Notes: generated from the sequence alone by a model not told the origin. DNA of 64,000 nt from Myxococcota bacterium (GCA_036012755.1 DASCPX010000059.1:1-64000); one strand, 5' to 3'. Positions 29,800 to 40,393 are shown, counted from the stretch's first letter. Made by a program: numbers and translations.

Positions 29800-30543
29800 C
29801 TAGCGGGAGTCGGCCACCCAGGGACCGCTCTCTCCGGGATCGTCGAGCCACAGTGGCACGATGTCTGCGACGAGGTCCTTTGCCATCCGGCGGCCCAGGC
29901 TGTCCACGCTGGCGTCGGCGACGAGGAGGTTCTCGTAGTGGTCCTGGTAGCGGAAGAGGATCTCTCCCTCGGTCGTCACCAACGCCATGCCGATGACGGC
30001 CTCGACGGCGTAGGGCTCGGAGTGGTGGTCGACGAGCACGGGCACGCCGTTCTGGAACACGAGCTCCCCCACGAGGTGCTGATCGGTGAGGGGCCGGCCT
30101 CCTGCTTCGATGATCCAGGTGAAGAGCACGGCGTCACCCTCGCACTCTCGCGCCACTTCGGAGAGGGTCTCCGCCAGGGAGGCCTGGCCGTTGACGGCGT
30201 TGGTGAGCGTGATGAGGTCGGCGACGGGCAGGCGCGTGTCGCGGAAGTGACCAGACCACTCCGGCCCCAGCGAGGCGTTCAGCGCCCCGGGGACCGCCGC
30301 ATGGACGGCGTGCGGAAGCTCCGCGATCTGAGCCGTGCGGTGGAGGCGACCGTCCGCCCGCTCGTCTCGGAGCTCCTCGCCGACGATGCCGGTGAGATCA
30401 GGCCGTGGAGCCTCTGCGGCGACGATGACCGGTGCGACCCGGACCTCCTTCTGGACCTCGCCCGGGTTGAGGTCCCAGTCGACCGTGTCCAGGGCGGAGA
30501 CCCGATGGGCGCAGGCGACGAGGAGGAGCGTGGTCAGCGGCAT
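29800..30543 (-). CDS. Hypothetical lipoprotein
   Basis: MPLTTLLLVAC; coding-like codon pattern. Confidence 0.65.
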   Translation of the reverse strand: MPLTTLLLVACAHRVSALDTVDWDLNPGEVQKEVRVAPVIVAAEAPRPDLTGIVGEELRDERADGRLHRTAQIAELPHAVHAAVPGALNASLGPEWSGHFRDTRLPVADLITLTNAVNGQASLAETLSEVARECEGDAVLFTWIIEAGGRPLTDQHLVGELVFQNGVPVLVDHHSEPYAVEAVIGMALVTTEGEILFRYQDHYENLLVADASVDSLGRRMAKDLVADIVPLWLDDPGESGPWVADSR

Positions 30544-30682
30544 GAACGGGTCCTGCGGGGTGGCCGGGAGCTCAGTGCCTACTCCAGCCGCGGGATGGAC
30601 AACGGAACAACGAGCGAGTTCCCGATTTCCTTCACTGGATCGAAAAAAAGCGGGAGGCGGACCCTCAGGCTACCATTGCGTC

Positions 30683-32185
30683 GTGGCGGTTCGACGCGGA
30701 ACCCGATGGATCCTCGGCCCGGTTCTGGCCTTCGCCGCAGTGCTCCCGTTCGTCGGCAAGCCGGTCCACGTCGACGACGCGAACTTCCTGACGCTCGCGA
30801 GGGGCGCCGCCGCTGATGCCTGGCGGCCCCACGCCATCGACATCAACTGGCAAGGGACCACCGAGCGGGCCTTCGATGTGCTCTCGAACCCGCCGGGGAT
30901 CGGGTGGTGGCTCGCGCCGGTCCACGACGCCCCGGTCCTGCTCCAGCACCTCTGGATGCTCCCCTGGCTGCTGCTCGCGCTCTTCGGCGCTGCTCGTCTC
31001 GGGCAGTACTTCCTCGAGGACGAAGCTGCCGGGATGTTGCTGTTGGGGAGCATCCCGATCGTGGTCCTCGCCGGGTCGGCCCTCACCCCCGACCTGCCCC
31101 TGTACGCCTGCACGCTCGCCGGGGTCGGCGGCTTCCTCACCGCCCGAAGGCACGCCTGGGCCTTCGCCCTGCTCGCTGGTTGCGCGGCGCTCTTTCGTTA
31201 CTCGGGCGTCTGCCTGATCCCCCTGTTGCTGCTGGCCGGTTGGCAGCGGAAGCGCATCCCGCATGCCCTCGCATCCGCCCTGCCGATCGGCCTGTTGGTC
31301 CTGCACGACCTGCACGCATACGGGCAGGTCCACGTCTTCGCGATGGGCAGCTTCCAGTCGGTCGGTGGCGGCCCGTTCCAGGTCTTTCGCAAGGGCGTCG
31401 CGGCCCTCGCCATGCTCGGTGGGGTGGGGCTGCTCCCGATCCTGAGCGCTCGGCGCGGTGGGGGACGGTTCGGCGGGCTGGTGGGTGCGGCCGTGGGCAT
31501 CCCTGCTGCGATCCTCTCCGAGCAGTCCGGCGTCGGCTTCCTGATGACCGTGCTCTGCGCGATCGCTGGCGGGATGGCGCTCTTCGCCCTTCGCTGGCGC
31601 CGTCCGGACGACCGTCTGCTGGCCTGCTGGGCGCTCGGCGGCCTCCTCTTCCTGCTCGCCTTGCGCTTCACCGCCGCTCGGTACTGGCTCCCCTTCGTGG
31701 CCGCGCCGGTGCTCGCAGCGGCCCGCTTCGGCCTCGGCGATCGACTCCTCGGAGCTGCGGTCGGCGCCAACCTGGTCCTCGCCCTGACGCTGTCCTGGGA
31801 CGACATGAACCTGGCCGATGCTCACCTGGAGGCGGCGCAGCGAGTCGGCGAGGGGCCCGGCACCTTCGCGGGCCACTGGGGCTGGCAGTACCACATGGAG
31901 GCCCTGGGCTGGACCGCCCTGGAGGACGACGGGCAGCCACTGCAGCGCCATGCCGTGGCGCTCGCGCCGTGGCCACAGCAGCCGGCCGAGCAGAGCTGCC
32001 TCGCAGAGGTCGACCGCTTCGTCATCGAGGACCACTTCCCGGGCCCCCGGGTCCACACGGCGGAGGGCTTCGCGAACCTCCACGCCTTCGTCGTCGCAGG
32101 CGATCCCCCGGTGGAGACCTACGCTCCGTGGTCCTTCTCCGACGAGCCATACGAGGTCGTGGTCGTCTACCAGCGCTGCGATTGA
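30683..32185 (+). CDS. Polytopic membrane protein, GT-C (ArnT/PMT-like) glycosyltransferase candidate
   Basis: First loop 'HVDDANF...NPPG', many TMs, 'PDLP', 'ARYWLP'. Confidence 0.65.
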   Translation: MAVRRGTRWILGPVLAFAAVLPFVGKPVHVDDANFLTLARGAAADAWRPHAIDINWQGTTERAFDVLSNPPGIGWWLAPVHDAPVLLQHLWMLPWLLLALFGAARLGQYFLEDEAAGMLLLGSIPIVVLAGSALTPDLPLYACTLAGVGGFLTARRHAWAFALLAGCAALFRYSGVCLIPLLLLAGWQRKRIPHALASALPIGLLVLHDLHAYGQVHVFAMGSFQSVGGGPFQVFRKGVAALAMLGGVGLLPILSARRGGGRFGGLVGAAVGIPAAILSEQSGVGFLMTVLCAIAGGMALFALRWRRPDDRLLACWALGGLLFLLALRFTAARYWLPFVAAPVLAAARFGLGDRLLGAAVGANLVLALTLSWDDMNLADAHLEAAQRVGEGPGTFAGHWGWQYHMEALGWTALEDDGQPLQRHAVALAPWPQQPAEQSCLAEVDRFVIEDHFPGPRVHTAEGFANLHAFVVAGDPPVETYAPWSFSDEPYEVVVVYQRCD

Positions 32186-32197
32186 TAGGAAAGGAGG

Positions 32198-33061
32198 GTG
32201 GCGCTCCCGCCTCCCGCCCAGAGACCCTGGCTCCTCGAGCAGCTCGCGGTGCTGCTGCGGGAGCACGGCCACGCCCGCTGGTTGCAAGCGCCGCTGGTCG
32301 AAGACGACTCCCACGACCTGGAAGACCTGATGCGCCACGCCTCTGTCGGCAGCCTCCCCCCGGAGCTGGCCCACGCAGGCATCGGCGGCTCCATGGCGGC
32401 CCTCTGTGTCGACGTCGCCCGGGCCTTCCGCGTCCAGCACGGGCTCGTGGCCGACGATGAAGGCCTGGAGGCGCTGCTCGCCGATCTGACCGCGGCATAC
32501 CTCGGCTTCGGCCTCCAGGTCCTCCGGCCGCCCTTGCGCCAGCGCGAGGTCCGCGGCTTCCTCCTCCAGACCAAGGCCCCCACGGCGCTCGACACGGAGT
32601 CGATCGCTTTTCTGGTCGGCGCCCAGCTGGCCGCCCGGGATCCCAGCGAGCGCCAGCTCGAGCGCCTCCTCGGCTCCTTGCCGCCGCGCCGCCATCGGCT
32701 CGTGCTGGAGGCGATGACCTGGTTTCATGGCGAGGGGCGGGCGTCGCTGTCGGCGCTGCTCCATGACGACGAGCCGATCGGTCGGGTCGTCCAGATCAGC
32801 GGTGGCCGGCCGGTTGGTCGGGTCTCGGTCAGCCATGGCGTGGCTGGAGTGGTCGCGGGGGCGCTCTTCGGTCTGGCGCTCGGGCTCGTGGGCCTCGCGG
32901 CCCTCGGCGAGGCCCGCAGCCTCCTTCTGATCCCCCCGTTGGCGCTGCTCGGCGGCTTGGTGGGCTGGTCTCTCCGCGGCGGTCGGTGTTCCAGCTGCCG
33001 CGCGCAGATCGGGGACCAGGACGTGCTCTGTCCGGGCTGCGGCGGCCTTGTGACCGATTGA
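32198..33061 (+). CDS. Hypothetical membrane protein with C-terminal zinc ribbon
   Basis: 'LADLTAAYLGFG', two TMs, CSSC...CPGC. Confidence 0.6.
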   Translation: MALPPPAQRPWLLEQLAVLLREHGHARWLQAPLVEDDSHDLEDLMRHASVGSLPPELAHAGIGGSMAALCVDVARAFRVQHGLVADDEGLEALLADLTAAYLGFGLQVLRPPLRQREVRGFLLQTKAPTALDTESIAFLVGAQLAARDPSERQLERLLGSLPPRRHRLVLEAMTWFHGEGRASLSALLHDDEPIGRVVQISGGRPVGRVSVSHGVAGVVAGALFGLALGLVGLAALGEARSLLLIPPLALLGGLVGWSLRGGRCSSCRAQIGDQDVLCPGCGGLVTD

Positions 33062-33063
33062 GC

Positions 33064-34332
33064 TCAGCCGCCCCAGAACAACTGCAACAGGGCTGAGTCG
33101 GGCCAGGCGACCCGAAGCATGGCGAGGACCACCTGCCAGGCGATGACACCGATGGAGATGACCAACAGCCCGGCTCCGACGCGCAGCCGAGGTGCCCAGC
33201 GGGAAGGTGGTTCGGGCTTCGGCCAGGCTGGCTCGACTCCTGCCTCGACCATGCGGTCGTAGAGGTCCGGGTGCGGTCCCCGTCCGACCACGGCGGGGGC
33301 CCTGTTGAAGCGGTAGAGCGCCTCGAGCGCGCGAGCGTGTGTTCGACCGTTCTCGCGGTGGGCGTGGGCGTCCGCGCGCTCCTCCATGCGTCGCCGCATG
33401 CGCCCCCCGAGCGCCAGGAGCAGGATGATGACGACGGCCACGCAGAGGACGGCGGCGGGGCCCCAGGTGAGGTAGATCGGGCCGATCGCCACAATCGGCG
33501 TCAGCGCCAGCGTCGACGCGAGGCGGGCGAACAGGACGGAGCGTGGCTCGCAGAGGTGGCCCAGCTCGTGGTCCGTGATGCTGGCGAGCTCTGCGTCGTC
33601 CAGCACCTCGAGGCAGCCGCGCGTGAAGGCGATCCGACGTGCCAGCGGCAGCGCCAGGGCGTTCGCGAGCTGGTGCTCGAGGACGTGCACGCCCCGGAGC
33701 TCGATCCCGTGGGCCCTCGCACGTCCCCGCACGAGCGCCACCAGCTCCGGCGAAGCGGGCCTCGCCAGACCCATCCGCAGGGCCAGGTCCATTCCCCAGC
33801 CAAGGGACCAGCCGGAGAGCAGGGCGATCGCGACGGGCACCGCCGGAACCACCGCCTACACAGGCAACCAGCACAGCGCCAAGCCGAGGGCGAAGCAGAG
33901 CAGGATGTGGCCGAACCGGACGATCACGACGGCGGCGCGACCTCGCAGGAAGCTCCCGTGAGCGAGGCGCTCGGGCTCTGGGTGCATGGCGCGCTCGAAG
34001 CGCATCCGCAGCAGGTGCACCGGAAGGCCCGCCGCCAGGAAGCAGCGGGCGGCCGCTGGCAGCCTGGTCCCCTCCAGGCCCGCCAACAGTGGCACCACGG
34101 CCCCAGCGAAGAGAGGGAAGACCAACATCACCAACGCGCCGTCGATGCGCGCTGGCCAGGTGTGGCGCGCTCGCTCGGGCCACTCGACGTCGAGATCCTT
34201 CGGGCTGAGCAGCCAGAAGGAGACCCCACCTCCTACGAGCCCGATCAACAAGGCGACGAGGGCTTGGCTCAGGAGACTCCAGAACAGCAACTTCAGGACC
34301 CGGGGCAGTGTCGGACCCAGACAACGTCGCAC
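33064..34332 (-). pseudogene. M48-family (HtpX-like) membrane metalloprotease interrupted by an in-frame TAG at 33856-33858
   Basis: ORFs 33856..34332 and 33064..33852 are in the same frame, separated only by TAG-GCG; motifs 'ANALA', HELGH, 'EERAD', 'HPDLYDR'. Confidence 0.65.
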
Positions 34333-34398
34333 GGGATCGCGTCCTTACGGATGCAGACGCTCGCGTCAGTTAGCCTCGAAGCAGCGAAGGAGAGCGCC

Positions 34399-36135
34399 TT
34401 GGACGAGCGGAACCTCCCGGCCGCAGACGGCCTGGCCGCACAAGCCCTCGACAACCTCGTCAACCAGTTCGCTCGCCCCCTCGACTTCCTGCGTGAGCTG
34501 GTGCAGAACTCCATCGACGCGGGCACACCTCGGGTCGAGATCTGGCTCCGCTTCGTGGCGGACGACGTGAGTCACGGCGTGCTCGAGATCCATGTGGACG
34601 ACTTCGGCGAGGGCATGGACGAGCGCATCATCGACGATCACCTGACGCGGCTGTTCTCGTCGACGAAGGAAGACGACCTGACCAAGATCGGCAAGTTCGG
34701 CATCGGCTTCACGTCGATCTTCGCGATCCAGCCGGACGCCGTGATCCTGAAGACCTCGCGCCACGGTGAGTCCTGGGAGCTGCTCTTCCATCCGGATCGG
34801 AGCTTCGACAAGGTGCGCTCCGAGCAGCTCGTCGACGGGACGAAGATCACCCTCTTCAAGCGGATGCCGAGAGCAGAGGTCGAGGGCTTCGTGCGGGACT
34901 GTCGCTGGATCCTCGGCTGGTGGTGCGAGCACAGCGACACGCCGGTGACGTTCTGGGATCGGACCGGCGACGACGAGGTCCCGGCCCAGGGCAGCGGCGT
35001 CGATCCCTTCGCAGCCTTCGCGGAGGGAGGCGCCCGCCAGCGACCCGAGGCGATCAACAAGCCCATGGACATGGTCGGCGCGACGCTGAAGCGCAGGCTC
35101 TCCGAGCGCGGGGTCGAGGCCGTCGTCGCCTACCAGCCGAGCCCCCGGTATGGCTACTACAACGGTGGCCTGACCCTAGTGAACACGCGCAATCGTGACG
35201 TGCTCGGCCCCCTGGACGAGCGCCTGGCACACCTCGGATTCAAGCTGAAGACCAACACGCTCGAGCACACGCTCACTCGTGACAACGTGCTCCAGGACGA
35301 GCACTGGCAGAAGGCGATGGAGGTGCTCCTGAGTGCCTCGGACCTGCTCCGGGCGGATCTCGTAGAGCGGGTCGAGCAGGCCCTGCGTGCCGGCGAGGAG
35401 CTCAGCCCCTGGCACGGCCATCTCGCGCAGGAGTGCGGGAGCGCGCTGGGGCCGAACGCGCTGGACGCCTTTCGTGATCGCCCGCTGTTCCGCGACACCC
35501 GCGGCACGTCGCGCACGCTGGAGGAGATCGAGGACCAGGAGGACGACCAGGGCGTCGTGCTGATGGCCACCGCGTCTGAGCGCCTCGACGATGCCCTCGC
35601 CTCAGAGGGCATCTTCCTCGTCGAGGACAGCCCCGAGACGCGAGAGCTCTTGATGGCTGCGGACCGCCCCCCGCTGTTCGCGTTCTGGTCCGATGGGCGC
35701 AGCCTGCGCAGCGCGGACGAGATCTACGTGCTCCCCGACCTGATCCGGCCCGACTCCCTGCCCCCGCGGGAGCGCCTGCTCGTGAACAGCACCGCGGCCC
35801 TGTTGAAAGAGGCGCTGGGGCGGCGTGTCCAGCTGATGGTCGGTGCCCTCGGAGGCAGCCAGCAGGCGCGTGACCAGGCCCTCGCGATGGAGGGTCCAGA
35901 GGACGGGCGTGTCTTCCAGCGACCAGAGGCCAGCTGGCTGCGCATTCCGGCCTTCCTGAGATCGCGGGCGCTCTTGTTGAACCGCCACCATCCCTTCTTC
36001 CAGCTGCAGTGCACCGCCGGGGCAGAGGACCTCGACCTGGCGTCCTACGCCCTCGCCCAGGCCTTGCTGCACGAAGAGGACGCCGAGCTCGAGCGCAGCT
36101 ATCGCCTGCTCATCGAAGCAGCGGCTGGAGAGTAG
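34399..36135 (+). CDS. Hsp90/HtpG-like GHKL ATPase
   Basis: 'FLRELVQNSIDAG', 'DDFGEGM', 'FSSTK....KIGKFGIGF', 'GTKITL', C-terminal 'LLNRHHP'; TTG start after AAGGAG. Confidence 0.82.
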   Translation: MDERNLPAADGLAAQALDNLVNQFARPLDFLRELVQNSIDAGTPRVEIWLRFVADDVSHGVLEIHVDDFGEGMDERIIDDHLTRLFSSTKEDDLTKIGKFGIGFTSIFAIQPDAVILKTSRHGESWELLFHPDRSFDKVRSEQLVDGTKITLFKRMPRAEVEGFVRDCRWILGWWCEHSDTPVTFWDRTGDDEVPAQGSGVDPFAAFAEGGARQRPEAINKPMDMVGATLKRRLSERGVEAVVAYQPSPRYGYYNGGLTLVNTRNRDVLGPLDERLAHLGFKLKTNTLEHTLTRDNVLQDEHWQKAMEVLLSASDLLRADLVERVEQALRAGEELSPWHGHLAQECGSALGPNALDAFRDRPLFRDTRGTSRTLEEIEDQEDDQGVVLMATASERLDDALASEGIFLVEDSPETRELLMAADRPPLFAFWSDGRSLRSADEIYVLPDLIRPDSLPPRERLLVNSTAALLKEALGRRVQLMVGALGGSQQARDQALAMEGPEDGRVFQRPEASWLRIPAFLRSRALLLNRHHPFFQLQCTAGAEDLDLASYALAQALLHEEDAELERSYRLLIEAAAGE

Positions 36136-39100
36136 ATGTCTCAGCTCTCCGACCTGGTTGCACGCAGCCGCTCACCGGGCGCCTTCGTCGAGCGCAGGCG
36201 GTTCACGCTCTCCCGCGCCAAGGCGATCGAGAAGCAGCGAGAGTACGCGCTCCGTCATCCGACACAGTATATCTTGGAGTTGATCCAGGCCGCGGTGCTC
36301 TCTGGGGCGACCTACATCGCGATCGACATCACGCGGGAGACGCTGCTCATCGCCTTCATCGGTGGGCGTCCCTTCGAGCCCGAGCAGCTCGAGAACGTCT
36401 TCGACTACCTGTTCGCGGATCGGGCCGACGCGCGCCACCGCCACATGGTGCAGTTGGCCATCGGGCTCAACGCGCTCCTCCAGCGCAAGCCAAAGTCGAT
36501 TCGTATTGAATCCGGGGACGGAAAGAGGGCTGTGCGCCTCGACATGGACGCGAAGGGCAAGGGACAGATAGGCGCCCCCGTGGATCCGATCCGTGGCACC
36601 TACCTGCTCATGGAGAAGCCGGGCAACTGGTTCACCCGCTTCCAGAACGTGACGCTCTTTCCTGAGCAGGCGCTCATCGAGGAGCGCTGCGTGCAGTGCC
36701 CGGTGCCGATAATCCTGAACGGTGTTGCACCCTTCGGCTACACCTCGAAGAAGGAGGTCCGGCTCTTCGGCGAGAAGCGACAGCGCAGCTTCAAGGCCGA
36801 CGGTGCTCGCCGCGGCGTGCTCGCGATCCCGAAGAAACCCGGCCAGGCCAAGGGCTTCAAGATCGTGATGGGTGGCGTGTGGGTGACGTCGCTTGAGTTG
36901 CCGGAGCTCGGCACGGTCGAGATGCGCACCGGCACCGGAAAGCGGGCGGAGGCCCAGCTCTTCGGGGTCATCTGCGACGACAACCTCCGCAAGACCGCCG
37001 ACCAGTCCGACATCGTCCAGGACGCTCGCTTCACGGCGATGCTCGCGGCGGTGCAGCCCCACGCGAGCAGCTTCATCGAGGACGAGACTGGACAGAGGTC
37101 CGAGCCTCCGCCGCTGCCAACTGTCGACGTCGACGGCCCCACGGTGCTCCCGCTGCCGAAGCGCATCAGCGCCATCGGACCAGAGACGACGCTGCCGATC
37201 GACGAGGTCCGGCTCGAGGCCGTCACGGACCCCATCTTCTGGCTGGAGCCAGATGACCGGGCAGCGCTCGAGGGTCTGGCCGATCCCTGCCGCTTCCCCT
37301 TCCGTGTCCTGGTGCTCCAGGAGGGCGAGGCCCGGGCCCTCGTCCAGGAGGTGCCGCACATCTCGCTGCAGCGGATCGGCACGGCGGCGGATGTCGACTT
37401 CGTCCGCCGTGTCATGGAGCGCAACCTGCGCGTCCACGAGGTCGCCGTCGACATTGACGAGCCATCGGGCACCCTGAAGCTGCGGTTTCACGGGCGGGGG
37501 CCGCGTCCGCCATGGGGGACCCAGGACCGCGCCCCGGGGCTCATCGCCCGGCGCGGGCGTACGACCTGGTGTGGGGCACTCCACACAGATCTCCTGCACG
37601 TGTCCGCGGTGTTCGAGCTGAACGTCGACATCGACATCAGCGATCGGCTCCGCCATCGGCTCGGCAACCTCGTCGTAGATCACGCCTGGCGCCTGCTGGA
37701 CCCGCTCCCGGCACTCGTGGAGGGGGCCCGCCTCCAGGCCTTCGCTGCCTCGGTCCTGGCCCAGCACGCGCGGCCCCAGTTCGCTGAAGAGGGCGGCCGG
37801 ACGCGCCTGGCCGCAGCGCTTCCTCCAGAGTGGGGAGACAGCGCAACGGCGCTGCGTCGGCTGTCGCTCGCAGACGCGGGTCCCGGACCGTTGAGCCTCG
37901 ACGGACTCATCGGCCTGCAGGGCACGGACAAGGTCTGGCCCCTGCCTGCGGAGGCCTTCGAGCGCCTGGCGCCGCTGCAGGCGCTGTTCGGTTGGGGACA
38001 CCTCCGTCCGGTTGGGGACGACGCGCCGCTGATGGCTGTCGGGCGGGTCGGGGACCGCTGGGTCGTGCTCTCGGAGCAGTGGGGCAATGCAAATCCGAGC
38101 CAGGTCCTGTGGTTGGCGGGGCACCTCGATCCCCAGCTCGACGACCCGCGCTGGACGCAGGTCGAGGGCCCTGCGCCCATGGTCGGCGCCGCCCTGCGAG
38201 TGGGAACAGAGCCCGGTGACTGGGCTCCTGCCGAGCGCACCCTGCTCGATCGCCTGGAGCGCGACAATGCCTGGGACTCCGCCAGGTACCCGGACCAGGG
38301 TCGAGCGATGGCGCGGCTCGCGGCCTGGGCCCTGGCCGAGCGTCTGGAGCGTCCGCCTCTGCCCCTGACACCTTCCGACGGCTCCCAGCCTCGCGAGCTC
38401 GCCGAGCTGCGCGAAGCGAACGCCCGCGCCTCTGCCCGAGGCGGAGTGGAGGTCGCTGAACACGACACGATCCTCCTCACCCTCGCCGAGCTGCGCTGGC
38501 TGGAGCGGGACGGACCATTGACCCTGCGCTTCGACGACGATCCCAGCGTCTGGCGCTCCCTGGCCTCCAGCGAAGAGGGCTGGCTGATCCGACACGAAGT
38601 CCGCTTGCCAGGCCTGCACGGTTGGCTCGGACTGCGCCATCCATTCGACGCCACCACGGCCATCTTGGTGCGTCGTGGCGGACGCATCCTCTCCGTACCA
38701 GAGGTCGACGCGCGCATCCCCTGCCACGGGCTCCTGTACCTGGAGCGCGGCCACGCGACCCTGACCAGGGCCCAGGCGGAGCTGCTCGCATTGGAGGGGC
38801 TCCAGCTGTACCAGAAGCTCGCGGAGGGACTCCGCGGGGGCGGCTTCGGCGGGTCGGGCTCCAGCGGCGACGCTCTCGTGACGGCCCAGCGCTATGGCAC
38901 GCTCTTCGCGTGGCTCGCCTGGCGAGGTGGCCGGCAGCAGCTGGGAACGGTCCAGGAGCTGGCGCGTTCGATCCCCATCGAGGTCGACGGCGTCGTGTGG
39001 GGGACCCTCGAGGCCTGGCTTCGGAGCCCCTCCGAGGGCCGTCCCGGTCTGCCTATCGCGCTCCCCGCCCTCAGCCGGCGCTCACAGACCACCACGGCGC

Positions 39101-39429
39101 TCGTGCCGGAGGGCGACCTCCAGAAGCGAACACGGGCCCTGCTCACGCAGCTGGGCCGGCGCACCGACGTGCACTTCCAGACGACACGCGAGCGCTTCGG
39201 TCCGCCCGTCCGGGTGGACATGCGCTACAGCCGCTACGAGCTGCTCGTGCTGGTGTTGAACCACGGCCACCCGGTCGTCCCCCGCGCGATGAGCCCGGGC
39301 CGGGTGCAGGAGATCCTGCTGTTGGAGATCGCCCGCCTGATCGCCTGCTGGTCGAAGGAGGTCGAGGCCCCCCTCGACCTGCTCGCGATGCAGCAGATCC
39401 TGCTCGCCCAGAGGTTGAACCCGGGTTGA
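36136..39429 (+). CDS. Large protein with degenerate GHKL-like N-terminus
   Basis: 'YILELIQAAVLSGA' (motif I without Asn); no DxGxG; C-terminal 'LVLNHGHPVV'; ATG immediately follows the upstream stop. Confidence 0.7.
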   Translation: MSQLSDLVARSRSPGAFVERRRFTLSRAKAIEKQREYALRHPTQYILELIQAAVLSGATYIAIDITRETLLIAFIGGRPFEPEQLENVFDYLFADRADARHRHMVQLAIGLNALLQRKPKSIRIESGDGKRAVRLDMDAKGKGQIGAPVDPIRGTYLLMEKPGNWFTRFQNVTLFPEQALIEERCVQCPVPIILNGVAPFGYTSKKEVRLFGEKRQRSFKADGARRGVLAIPKKPGQAKGFKIVMGGVWVTSLELPELGTVEMRTGTGKRAEAQLFGVICDDNLRKTADQSDIVQDARFTAMLAAVQPHASSFIEDETGQRSEPPPLPTVDVDGPTVLPLPKRISAIGPETTLPIDEVRLEAVTDPIFWLEPDDRAALEGLADPCRFPFRVLVLQEGEARALVQEVPHISLQRIGTAADVDFVRRVMERNLRVHEVAVDIDEPSGTLKLRFHGRGPRPPWGTQDRAPGLIARRGRTTWCGALHTDLLHVSAVFELNVDIDISDRLRHRLGNLVVDHAWRLLDPLPALVEGARLQAFAASVLAQHARPQFAEEGGRTRLAAALPPEWGDSATALRRLSLADAGPGPLSLDGLIGLQGTDKVWPLPAEAFERLAPLQALFGWGHLRPVGDDAPLMAVGRVGDRWVVLSEQWGNANPSQVLWLAGHLDPQLDDPRWTQVEGPAPMVGAALRVGTEPGDWAPAERTLLDRLERDNAWDSARYPDQGRAMARLAAWALAERLERPPLPLTPSDGSQPRELAELREANARASARGGVEVAEHDTILLTLAELRWLERDGPLTLRFDDDPSVWRSLASSEEGWLIRHEVRLPGLHGWLGLRHPFDATTAILVRRGGRILSVPEVDARIPCHGLLYLERGHATLTRAQAELLALEGLQLYQKLAEGLRGGGFGGSGSSGDALVTAQRYGTLFAWLAWRGGRQQLGTVQELARSIPIEVDGVVWGTLEAWLRSPSEGRPGLPIALPALSRRSQTTTALVPEGDLQKRTRALLTQLGRRTDVHFQTTRERFGPPVRVDMRYSRYELLVLVLNHGHPVVPRAMSPGRVQEILLLEIARLIACWSKEVEAPLDLLAMQQILLAQRLNPG

Positions 39430-39480
39430 GCGGGCTCAGGGCCACAGGACTGTCTCTTCTAGATCTCGGCGGGTGATCTC

Positions 39481-40359
39481 CTACCCGTCGATGTCGACGT
39501 GGACGCCGATGCTGCCGTCGACGTTCGTGCACCTGGGGTGGGGATCGGCCAGCGAGCCTGGCGTGGTGACCCAGATCTGCTCCACTCGTGGGCCGAGGCG
39601 CTCGAGGACCTCTTCGTCCGGAGCCGAGAGATAAGCACGGTTGGCGCCGACGATTCCGTGTCGAATGTGACCATCGTCGGGAAACACCGCGTCCACCCAG
39701 GCGGAGTTCGTGCTGCTTGCGATCCCGTGGTGGCTGATGTGGGCCACGTCGACGTCGGGCAGGGCGATGCGGTTCGCCAGGAAGCTCTCCACGTCCTCTG
39801 TGTCCTTTCCGCCCCCGGTCAGATCGCCGGCGAAGAGGTAGGCGAAGTCCCCGTACCGGACCACCCCCACGAGGCTGCGCGCGTTCTCCTCGGTGATCTC
39901 GATGGTGGTCCCATCGGGGAGCACTCCGCCCGCGACGAGGACCTCGAGCGTGGCCTCGTCCCCGAGGTCGAGGACGAAGGGGAGGTCGCAGCCAGCGCTC
40001 GTGCAGAGGGCGATCTCGTCATCTGGCTCGACCCACTCGTCGGTGTCGGGCTGGACACCACCGCGCCATATGAGCGCGCCGAAGTCGCCGAGATCGCTCA
40101 GCCCGCCGACGTGGTCGGCGTGAAAGTGCGTGATCAGCGTGTAGTCCGGGGAGTCCCTTCCCGTGCGAAGCTCGAGGGCCGCACGGACCTCGTCGTCGTG
40201 GGCGTCGTTGCCGACGTCGATCAGGACGCTCGTGCCATCCGGACCGACGATCAGCGCGCTCTCTCCGGTGCTGCGCGAGCCCAGGTCGAGCTGCTCGATC
40301 AGCAGCGGAGCCTCCAGGAGCGGCCCTGGCGATGCGCAGGCGAGCAGCGAGCTGATCAT
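39481..40359 (-). CDS. ComEC/Rec2-like metallo-beta-lactamase-fold lipoprotein
   Basis: 'GESALI', 'LIDVG', 'THFHADHVGG', 'FAGDL', 'SHHG'. Confidence 0.85.
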   Translation of the reverse strand: MISSLLACASPGPLLEAPLLIEQLDLGSRSTGESALIVGPDGTSVLIDVGNDAHDDEVRAALELRTGRDSPDYTLITHFHADHVGGLSDLGDFGALIWRGGVQPDTDEWVEPDDEIALCTSAGCDLPFVLDLGDEATLEVLVAGGVLPDGTTIEITEENARSLVGVVRYGDFAYLFAGDLTGGGKDTEDVESFLANRIALPDVDVAHISHHGIASSTNSAWVDAVFPDDGHIRHGIVGANRAYLSAPDEEVLERLGPRVEQIWVTTPGSLADPHPRCTNVDGSIGVHVDIDG

Positions 40360-40393
40360 CCCAGCAGGCTACCGGGCCCTGACCGGGGGTGGT

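Noticed and set aside
21300..30683. oriC expected near mnmG/parAB
   Set aside because: No TTATCCACA-type boxes or extended AT-rich unwinding element seen in the short intergenic gaps.
33856..33858. Pyrrolysine or stop-codon reassignment
   Set aside because: TAG terminates well-supported genes here (arcA, def, GHKL ATPase), and no pyl genes are visible.
30665..34324. 1219-aa minus-strand ORF and similar long shadow ORFs (e.g. 3035..5365, 11576..13900, most of 41615..44467)
   Set aside because: Antisense or off-frame to motif-supported genes, with Arg/Pro/Ala-rich composition typical of GC-rich artefacts.
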